Below, piece after piece: positions 38,501-49,500 of a DNA stretch of 64,000 nt (position 1 is the stretch's first letter; each line of letters begins with the position of its first letter). The notes under the pieces were generated by a model. That model was not told the DNA's origin, did not search any database, and was given only the letters and a program-made list of their open reading frames with translations. The DNA lies in the NCBI GenBank assembly GCA_002633005.1, contig NMRA01000014.1, forward strand, positions 858,955-922,954, written 5' to 3'. This DNA is from Phoronis australis. Taxonomy: Eukaryota > Animalia > Phoronida. The translations under genes were made by a program, and so were the position numbers.

Positions 38501-41500
38501 ATGTCCAAAAAATCGAGTCACCCTGGTCTCCTGGAGACCCAAAAGAACATTCGGCAAAACTGACCTAGCTCAAACGGCGTCCGAGTTACCACTAAATAAA
38601 ATTCGTAGGAGCCGATTCCATCCGTCGGCACATGTCTCTGATTACCATGACAGATACAATACAGTTAGGGTTGGAGGGTGGTCCCACCAGAACCCCCCCC
38701 CCCCCAAATCTCACAGAATGCTAGCTGTTGAAAACGTGAACTAGAGAAGAAATTTGGGATCAAGCCAAAAGTGATTTAATATAAGCAGTCGTCTCACATG
38801 GAGTTCAACATGACTGCTGGCAAAAATTGCCTTCTAGAGAGGGTCCAGTCAGGAACCCCAAAACGACTCCTAAAATTTAGCTAGCATTTGAGGCAGACAA
38901 AGAAATTCCATGTGATTCAGTATGTGGCAAAACAAAAGAGTTGGGCTCGGTAAAAATTTTCCTCACCAAGGGAATGTTGCCAATTAGATTAGTGATACGA
39001 GGTTCTGATTTCTATTGAAAAATCATGTCACACTGAGCACTGAGTGACCCATGACAAAAAGCAGTATCAAAAAGGCCCTCCTGAGAACCAAGAAAGACAT
39101 TCCAAAACTGAACTTGGTCAAACATTCGAGGTAGGCCTACCACAAAAGCAATTCCATTAATTCAGTGCATGTCATTGACTTCTAAATTGCCTGTACCCGA
39201 AAAAAATCCGTTAGACTGGGCCGGCAGAAACACCAAAAAGCCCCGCTCAGCAATGACGAATTTAGGAGGGAACCAAAGGGCCCACCCTGCCCCTAAAATT
39301 CTCCCAGATTCCATTTGACAGTTCGAGGGTGCGAATGTCTGACGGCAAAATCCTGGCTAATACTCTGCCCTACCCCCCACCCCCAACTCAAAACCCTGGA
39401 TCCGGCCCTGCTCAGGGAATGTACTTGAAAATTTCAGCATTTTTTTATAAACGACGTACCTGTTCTAATCGCTGTATGGCCGCAAAAATGGGATCGAACG
39501 GCGGTAATCAACAGCAGCTGCGTTTACATACAGGCGGGTTTTCTCTTGGCATTAGGTGTTCATTGTCACACACAGAGCGACAACTTCCGCCGCTTACCAT
39601 AGTTTTCGGTGTACGCTCCACTCAAAAGTGGGGTAAGTCGCACAAGTGCAAGTAGTACCAGGCTAGGCGGTGAGTGGATTAGACTACTGGGAACTCGGTA
39701 AAACTTTGGCCACTTTTATAGGGAATGTGAACCCGCCGTCTATCACAACGTCTGAATTAGGCCACCTAGCATTACGAAATCGGTTTCAATTTGTTCTTCA
39801 GTCCTAATTGCAGGTAATTACAGTGCTTCGAAAGAATTGGCGGCTCGTTATTTCCTGTTTACAGACTCTACAAGTTGGCTTGTCACGGCGTGTCATTTAA
39901 TGCGTCGACCGTGGTATCAAAGAATAAAAAAATTTCATTCTTTATAATTTCAGAAATCAGTTTCAGTGACCAAATTGAGAAAAACTTTCTAACGACAAAA
40001 TAGTCCAAGTCAGTGACCGCTAGTCGATAACAAGACTTCCATGTTATCAGTAAACCAACAGCTTAAATCCAGTAGCAGACTATTCTCCACATCTTTATGT
40101 CTTCCTTTCGGAAACAAAGATAATATTCTAACATATTAGCAAAGGAGAGTGCTATGGAGCAGCAGCAGCTGCTGCGCTACTGCTACTGCAGTGATATTAT
40201 ATTTATCGATGCAGCGGTGGCAGAAGAAGTACCGGTGATATTTCATCAGGTAATGTCACCTAAATGCATGAAAACCCAATAGTTCTGTTTCATAAAAGGT
40301 GACTTAAAGAGGCATGGAACGCGAAAGCTCATCAAAATATCTCTTAAACAATGCCTGACGGAAGCACCATCTCGCATCATCTACTGCACAATTACTCTAA
40401 CGCAAAATTCCCGATATTTGAAATACGCGCGAAGGAAAATCTCTGTAGTCACCACATAGTTTCTAATCTTCCTGACAGTCATTCGACAAACAGCTAACTG
40501 ACAAGATGAAGATTAACGACAGATTACGATTTGTGACCACACTCCGAATCTGAGGTCGACACCAGAGTATGAGGCAAGACACTGAAGCAAGAGAATTCTA
40601 AGTGCATTTTAGATTGTATGTGAATACTACAATTTTTTTAACTAATTTTGAACATAAGTTGCATCTTAGCCCCGGAAACAGATAATAAACGCGATTAAGG
40701 GGATTCGGCAGTTTTCCAAAAAGGCGCAAAACAATCCTTGTTTTTGGACATTAACTAATTTATTTCAAGTAATTATTAAATTTAAAAATTTTGATTTGCT
40801 TTGAGTTTCTGTTACTTTGGCGTGTAACCAAGTTCAAACAGCAATCTTGATTTTATTAAAGAAGAAACTTCTTGTCTCAGATTGATCACATCTCTCGACT
40901 GCCCGGGGGGAACTTCCTACGTCCCCGTTATGTCGTTATTAGGACTACACCCGCAGCTGGACAACCATTCAGGCATTTTCCGTTTGTAAACCTCTTTCCG
41001 AAAGTATTCCAGGGTTTACTTAAGAAATTTTGCCATTTCCCGCACATCCATTCCGAGACTATTCCCAATAACGAATCCTTTCTTCACCGGGTAGTCGAAT
41101 AATAAGGTTATAAGAAAACTTAAGACGTATAGCAAGACACGGCATGACAACGATTGTATGTAGGCATGACAACGACTGTATGTAGCAACGTTTAAAATTG
41201 TTCGTTGAAGGTACTCTTTCCGTTTCATTTTAATTAAAAACTTTATCAAACGGATTTTAACATAAGTTAATTTATTCGAAGCTGAACCCTAGATAATGCT
41301 CATTCATCACAACTTCAAATATATTCAATTTTAACCGAATTTAATAGGATTTTCCAGTATTTGGTGGTGCAATTCCACCTAAAATGGCCGCCCTAGTGAG
41401 TGACAGTTGATTCATGCATGGGGGGAGGGCACAAACCAATTCCACGTCAGTTCGCTAAATCCCCCCCCCCGCCACCATATGTGCTTCTCCCGGATTCTGC

Positions 41501-43011
41501 GTCCGAATGTCGTCAATTTTGTATCGAACACCACACCCGTCTTAAGTTGTGTATAAGTAGGGGAAAATCTCGGGGAGACAGCCACCAGAAATTGAGTGAT
41601 CATGTTTCAACAAAATTTCACATGGGGCAGTGGAGTGAGAATGCAAATGTTGCATGGCTTACTGAACATAGTAAATTACGGTAAATCTAAACGATCTCTA
41701 TGCTCTTTCCCAGGGCTACGAAAGGTAACTGGAGCTGTGACTGAGGGTAAGATATCTCATACTTAACACAGTCTAAACCACCAGAACATTGCGTGATGTT
41801 CATTGTGATTTTCAGTTACTTTGTATAGTACATATAAAGAACATCTTTGGTAATTGGGGAATTCCAATATATTTATTGTAATTAACCATGTAACGCATTT
41901 AGTTGCACATGTTAGAAAACTGGGATACTAGTATCCCACGAAGCCCTGTCAAGCGTACAGGCAGCGCGCGTACGCACAGGCGCATGCGTACGCGGGAAAT
42001 TTATCACCAGACCCCAAAACTGCAAAATGCGCTAGACGATGAAGAGTGCGGAAGGGCGATACTCGGGTGGGAATCTAAAACTCGAGACCACGAGAGAGTG
42101 GAGTAAAAAATTTGGCGAAATCGAATTAAATTCCTTCCTACAACGTTCACCTTCCTACGAGTCTGCTACAATAAAGAATCTTAATGGATAATGCTGGCTA
42201 TAAGTCTTCTACGGTCAAAGTGAGTCAAGATGTCCCATTTAAGGAAAACGCGCATTGCAATTGCATGCTGGGACAAAACAGGCGAGAGACGAGTGTTTGA
42301 CGGATTTTTTTAAATATGAAGTTGAAATTCTACAAACAATTCTGGTGCCCCTAAACAAAATCGAAGTGGGGGCGACTTATTATTCCCCAGTTTCTACTGA
42401 TCTGGAGATTTTTCAGTCAGAATGCACCGCCTGTTTGTTCTGCTGTAATCGCTTGCATATGGTGGTTTTTGGGAAGAAAATTGCTAATTTTGTATATTTT
42501 GAAGCCGGTGCCTGCACTTGCTGTAGTCGTGCGAGATGGCACAATTTATTTTGGAATCAATTTTATTGAACTTTGGGCACGCTTGGTGAAATCTTTGGCT
42601 CTTCATGCTCTCCATATTTTTGTAAAGCCTATGGAAAAGAGAGAAGTGGGTATCTGCGTGGAACAGATTTTCAAGCCAAAAGTCAGAAAAAATGTTGAGT
42701 GCCAGCTGATCGCCATATGCGTGTGTTTTCTGTTTGGACTAGTAGTTGTTTCACCTTCTTGACAGTATAGCAGGTCGCAGCCGACAAAATGCGTAATTCC
42801 AACTCACTAAAATGAGACCATTCGCAAATCGTGCAATCGCTCTTCGAGATTCATGGGGATTTATTTGTTAACTTGTTCACTTCATGACAAACATGCAAAA
42901 TTGCGCATAAGGTTCTTTTTAGCTTCTAATTCATGTTGGTCATTGTGTTTTCAACGTCATTATTAGTCGTTCTTTCATTGTCGAGAACAAAGAGTGCATG
43001 ACACCATGTGA

Positions 43012-43322
43012 TTACATTCCTTTGAGCTCAACTTCACCACCGCCGCTTAAAAGCCTTGAGAACTCCGTTTTGCTTGAAACTTCACGTTCACCCATCTTGT
43101 CACTTGTCGCGTGTACGGAGGACACGCTTAACGTCCAACTACTGGTAATTTTACTCGAGATGGACGCTGACGGCTCACAGTGGTGACGAGACGGAGCCTC
43201 CAGAGCTGTTGGCTTCTGGCGACAGTTCGCCCAGATAACGATAACAAAGAGGAAGGTCACCGTGTTCCCAACAACCACACCGATGACGAACCAATATGTG
43301 AAAGGCAAACCAAGCCAGGTAT
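43012..43322 (-). CDS. Terminal exon B: paralogous TM and Ser-rich tail; probable alternative last exon (isoform B, 371 aa)
   Basis: ctttcag| phase-1 acceptor; DTWLGLPFTYWFVIGVVVGNTVTFLFVIVIWANCRQK...VELKGM*; AATAAA at 42860-42865. No ectodomain exons were recognised between 43322 and 45945. Confidence 0.72.
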
Positions 43323-44890
43323 CTGAAAGTTGGACATATGTATCGTCTACTTCATATGACTTTCTTTTGTGATCAATTTCAAATGAAATAAAATTCTTGC
43401 ACTTCGTCTCAATATTGTCTATCTCGTTTATTTATTAAAGCTGCTCCGAAGGCAAAAATTGTAAATTTAGTTCAACCACAAATTTCGTAACATCAGAATG
43501 CGTCTGGCCCTCCGCTCAACAGTGTATACTTCTTAAATATATCCCTGTTGTTTTGTTTTTGTTCAAAGAAGTGCTCGCAATAACATGCTTCTTGGTCCCT
43601 GATGTCATTGAACTTGACTCGAGACATGTTCTGTGAAGTGGCCAGTTTCAAAGTCCACCTTTCAAGCGTGGACATAATCGCAACTAGAGTGTAGTGTTCA
43701 CTAAAAGTATGGGATAATTTCTCGCATTTCATTGTGAGTGGCCGTATTTACACATGGGATAATGATGGTTATCTAAAGTTGGATTTTCGAAAAATTAAAT
43801 TTACAGTCCAGGTTTCAATATTCAATATCAAAATAAAATTGAACTGGAAACATACACACGTATCACTCAGCTAACCGCCATGTTACTGCAGTGTGAGAAT
43901 TAGGACACTTGGTTCAGGTCTGAGGTTGTAGGTTGCAGTTTTCAAGAGGGTGAGACGTTGAAACTAATATTCAAAAACGCGATCTAAATTCATAAGTTCA
44001 TTGGATCCTGGAATGAAATAACGATAAACAGACCTGGCACACTAAACAAAGTGTGTTAAATTTTGAATTTTCGTTTGCAAACTGAGAATGAAATACTGAA
44101 TTTTCGATTTTCGTTTTATATCTAGAAAATAGAATATTGAAATCAAGTCTAAATTGAATTTTGGTTTTGCATTGGAAATGGGATATTAAACAAACACTGT
44201 ATTTTTCATTTGTGTTTTCAATTGTGTATTTAAAATCAAATAACGGAATGCACCGTGATTACTGGATGGACCTAGAAATGGGAAGGATGGGCCCAAGATA
44301 CATGTAGGAAGGAGGGACCAAACACAAGACGAAAATTGATTGCTATTTTGTACAGCAACGCCAAATGCATGTGTAATCTGAAAGTTTGTTACGCGACACG
44401 AACTTACTGCATAAACCCTAAGTTATCAGGTAGCGCAAAAATATGACCTCGTGGAAAAGATAGTTTATGCTAATTGGGAAACCAGATTCTTTTTCAATGC
44501 CCACCACGACCCCGTCCCGACAATTCAATAGCCCATCTAAGAATGTAGCGGCGGGAAAGCTGCTGAACCAGCTACGCCATTTTGCCTTACTGGTGTCATT
44601 TTTGGTATCTTTCCAAGGGAGTTAATCCCTCTGAACAGCCCGCACATCGGCCAGTCACCTTCTAACGGCCGTCTTAGGCGAAAAGTGAAGGGTGCGCATC
44701 CCAGAGTAGACATTGTAGGAGAGCCTTTTTCCCACCTGCTGCTGACAAGAAATGTAGGCGTTTCATCTGCTGCAGATAAATGATTTCCCATAATCCATTG
44801 CGCATGTCATATCTCCCTCAAACAATAAAATATTAAATTTCCGTGAACGTGCTTTCCTGTTTTGAACCAGTCTTACTCATTTGAAGGTGT

Positions 44891-45304
44891 GGCCGGTTGC
44901 ATGAAACAGTCCCAAATAGGGACTCAACTAAGTTTCCTAAATCTGCTGCGTGTTTGTGGACTTGTGAAAACACTGATTGCCCTTTCTTATGCTGTTTTAG
45001 TTTGATTACTAAGTCAATTTTTGGCTTTGATACAAATCGAGAGTGAAGTCGACATTGAATTCTCAATATTATCGAAAATGTATAAGGATCTTTTCATGCA
45101 ACGCTCCTAACTTAAGAACAAATTCTCTATTTATTTTCATTGAATTCAGGGCTCACTTTTTAGTTACATTATGAGTAAAAGAGAACATAATAAAGATGAA
45201 ATGATAGAAAAAAATACATCTGTGAGTAAACAAAGACGTAAATAGGCAAAATATTTAGGGAAGTTAGGTGAGTCCCTGTTTGGGACTGTTTCATGCAACC
45301 GGAC
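44891..45304. mobile_element. MITE with TIRs of about 48 bp (possibly PIF/Harbinger-type)
   Basis: CCGGTTGCATGAAACAGTCCCAAATAGGGACTCA at left and TGAGTCCCTGTTTGGGACTGTTTCATGCAACCGG at right; the TSD is unclear. Confidence 0.82.
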
Positions 45305-45944
45305 AATGTAATCCAACATAGCGCATTCATAAACTGTTACCTGCCACAGGGTTACCTGCTTCTCGTTTTGTGTTTACGCCTCTAACTCTTAAGGGGTCCA
45401 AAGGGGTCGCTAAAACAGGTTTAAACAGGCATTTAATAACTCGTATATCGAAACTTTATTTAAATAATAACGTGCATGTAATACGAGTTCGTAGGACATT
45501 GTTTGGTCTGGTTGGAAAACTTTGGACCACTTGTAATACATGAACTTTCAGTCAGTTTAGAACCTGGTGAATTTTTTAGCGATGAGGAAGCGGCAAGCGA
45601 ATGGGCGACAGCTTGTTATGAATTTGTTATTTTGCAAGAAAAATACTTTTGTAGCTGTTCCAAGAACAAAGATGACGTTTTAAATTTCACAGTAAATTTA
45701 GAATAAATCACGGACGTGAGAAAGTTCTTCTTTTTACAGTCAGTCAAAGCTGTTTGACTAAGCTAAACCAGATGCAGATTGGTGGATCCCAGCGGGCCTT
45801 TAACTGATAACCCACTTAAGCCGCTAGCTATGAACGAATTTTTGTGTGGGTACGAGTAAATATTTGTGTAAAGATAAAGGCATTTTGAGTTGTTTTATTG
45901 GTATAATTTTAGTTCCGGTGTTCATTTATTCATTTACATTCCAC

Positions 45945-46504
45945 TCACACAAAGTCAGATGTGTTTGACTTCCTGTCATCGTCCGCATCCCTACTCGCTT
46001 CATAAGGTACATCAAGCAGACTTCCGCCATCTTTGCCAAGGTTTGCTTTCATCTCGCCACACTCACTAGTCATTCCAGCCGACTCCACTGCATCCCTGTC
46101 GCTCCTCATTTCTTCATTTTCTGCCCCATCCCGTTCAGCTGTCACTTCCGTTGTATCACCCTCTCTCCAATCGCTATTCCTTTCCGCCGCGTCCTCCCCG
46201 CTCTGGAATGCGTCTAATTCAACGTTTTCGTGAACGATTTCTGGCACTTCAAACTCTCTTTCATTATCTGTATTACCGCTTATATCATCAATTTCCTCCT
46301 CTATTTCTTCTTGAATTACGTCATCAAATCCGTTCCAGGGATCCAAACGGGTGAAGTCTTCCGATGGTGGCGATACTTGGTCAGCTTTGGTGCGCTTGAA
46401 ACACGTGAACTTCACAAGGATACCAACGATGATGATGAGAAGTAAGAGCCCTGCACCCGAGCCAATGATTATCCAGTACTTAACCCGTAAACCTAACCAC
46501 TTCT
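45945..46504 (-). CDS. Terminal exon A: TM helix and acidic cytoplasmic tail
   Basis: tttgcag| acceptor; EKWLGLRVKYWIIIGSGAGLLLLIIIVGILVKFTCFKRTK...TSDFV*. Confidence 0.85.
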
Positions 46505-49500
46505 CTGCAAAATAACGCCCAGCGATCATTGGCATAAATACTCAGTTACCGATTTTAGGCTTTCAGCTGATAGACAGCTGCTTACACACTCTCTCGTTTT
46601 ATTATTTTCAAAGAAACAAAATATCCCCTTGTCACACATTCAAGTACTTTCAAACACGCCAAAGGTCGGAATGAATTGGAATTCTTTCGTAAGAAAGCTT
46701 TCGTAAGAAAACTTCCATACTGTATATTGAAGACGATTACTTTCGGACCCGTTCACACTCAATTTGACATTCGTTTGCACATCATTTTCTCTCGCCGTAT
46801 TCTGATGTATTCTAAATTTATTGCTAGAGCGTGTAATTACTGACGATGTGGCAGCACCCGTTTGGAGATACATGACAACTACCAAATACGGTATTTTTAA
46901 TTACCTTCAAGTGTGGTTTCTCCACGCGCCTCTTTCTTGACGCCAGCGACTGACTCTGAGATGTACGTAACTATATCAACAAGAGTATGTATGTCAGTGA
47001 ATAGTTCAGCAGTAGCCAACACGGGAACATGGAATATTATTCGACACAAGCATGATTGAAAAACAGTTAATGGAACATACCATAATGCATGATCAAGAAT
47101 AATGACCTTCTAAAAATGTGACATCTTGATAGTAGAACAATTTGATGACAGCAAAATGTTATGTTTTTATTCTAATAATCATATACATTTAGAACACCTC
47201 GGGTAGTTCCACAGACTCAGTTTTATCCTTGGAAGTGTTTCGTACCTGCGTGATGTTTCGAATGAATCAGATGGCGACGAAGCCTTCTTACCTTCGCATT
47301 TCTGGGTGAGGTTACACCACATAATCTGATAGTCTGGCGGAGCTTCACTCATAGCAACGTTGACGAAACAGTAGAGATTTTCTAGCTGGCCCGGGTTGCG
47401 ACAGTAATTTTCAGCCCTCTCCAGGTCGTAGCCGTTGTCCGTCAGTGTGTCCGGGAACCACAAGGGCGTGATGTAATTCGACACTGAGTCGATCACCTCA
47501 CTCCATTTCTCGCACGAGGTTCCGTCACGCGACACCGCCAGCGTACCGGAGTAGTCGCGCTTCAGACCGTCATTGTAACATTCTTGTCCGTTCTTGTTCA
47601 CTAAAAGTCAGCATTACCAGTAGATGTCTCATTACAATTGTGTACATTTGTATGTTTCCTACTCACTTACGAGTACATGGCACTTTTCAGGGTGAGTTTA
47701 TCTTGGATTATACCAGAAATGCCAAGAAATATAAAATAGTCAGGTGGCCAAGATTAGTAATTTTAGGTTTGACCGCAAACTCCTGTGAGAAGCAGGCAAC
47801 TATGCTCAGAGCATTTAGTTAATTGTTCGGTTTAAGTAATTTTTATAACATTAAACAAATATTCACACTCATTACAACTGACTTCCCTGGAAGTAGACAT
47901 ACTTAAAGGCAGTTGCTTTCCGTAAGTAACCATGATTTTCATTGGCTAGTGTCAAACAATTTGTCATAACTAACTAATGAGAATGGTGCTTACTAAATGA
48001 AATTAAATGACTTACTTAGCTACCTAATTCTCATACGCCAAATTCACAGGGAATAACCCCAACTTAAAAAATAATAATTGTTCTAATTCGAAATTTTTAG
48101 CATGGCAAACCCTCAAACATTGCTCAATGATAGTCAAACTTTCATTCAGGAAAACGTACATCAAGATTACTAAACAACTTTCTTCGGGAAACTAGGGCTT
48201 AAAAGCACCCTTTTCCAGCACCCTCGTCCTCACTGTCACTGGATCTTCGTTTCTCAATGTGTACTAACTGAAGTGCATATAGGCACAATACTAAATTACC
48301 TTAAGGTTTAAAGTGGTGGTCCTTGTCGGTGGAAAGCTGATCGAGTTACAAACCATTGTTTAAAATTATATTTCACGCGCACTCTTCTAAGATCGTACTT
48401 CAGTTAGTATGAACGTGGGATAGCAGATCGTATTGCCCTGGTAGATAATGATTGTCCTATGGGGTGACAACCACTGCTTTCGAAGGAAAACGCCTGCGTA
48501 TGCCCTAAAATCGGCATGTAGGCAAGCGTTTGTGGTCGTACTTTGAAAAGGGGCCTAAATGTTTTATCAAAGCTTAATTTTTTAGCATGTGGCAAAAATT
48601 AGCAGCGAGTATGTACACGCGACTAGCCATGTTTTTAGGCATGACCCTGGTCAAGAAAGTGGGGTCATCGAGGTGTAGTCCAAGAATATGGTAATTTGGC
48701 GCGAGTTTGAGGGTGAGAGATGTTACAGGTTTTTGATTAAATCTCCACTCTTATCGAGTATAAATGTACCCGAATTCTCAAGGCTCCATTTGTGATCTCT
48801 TGGGGGAACACGTGTTATTAAGCAAACGGGTTCGTCCTCACTTTACGAATGAAGAACGCGCACCTCAAAATGAATACATCGTCACACAACCTACATGAAT
48901 TTACCTGCAGATATTATCGGGATTCATGTTCTGCAAGTCAATTTAACGGAGCGCAAGCTTGTGACGGACATAAAATATATCAAAAATAAGGAATATTATT
49001 AGTGAAAGGCTTAATTTGATCTATTTTATCCGGCTAGTGGGTGAAATGCAGCTTGAGCTCTTTAAAGAACTTCTTTAACCCAATTAGCCTACCTTGCACA
49101 CACACGTAATAGAAGCTGAGATAGGTCATTCTGTCGTCATTTCCCTGGTTTACCACAAACCAGTCGTCATCTTCCTCTACCATAGCGTAGGTACACTTGT
49201 CCAAATATCTGCACTGTGACATGATGTTATTGACTTCCACCAAGTTTGACCTTGATACAGAAGAGCCATCCTTGTTTTTATACGAGGTAATGACGTCGTC
49301 GTCGAGGCTTGGGCAGCAGGTCTCCTTGCAAGCGCTACGTGTTAGGTTCCAGTCGTCCAGTATAACAATAATGCGCGGAAAACCATCGGAGTCCGGGGTG
49401 CAGGACACCTTTAGCGTCCCTCCCATACACACGGTCGCTCGTCTTCCTTCTGATTTAAAATTACAGGTACTGCGTTTGTGATTCATCATTTATTACTATC

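Noticed and set aside
37770-42770. Several repeat-like tracts between the two genes
   Set aside because: Probably decayed MITEs, but termini and TSDs could not be defined by eye; the short ORFs have no protein signature.
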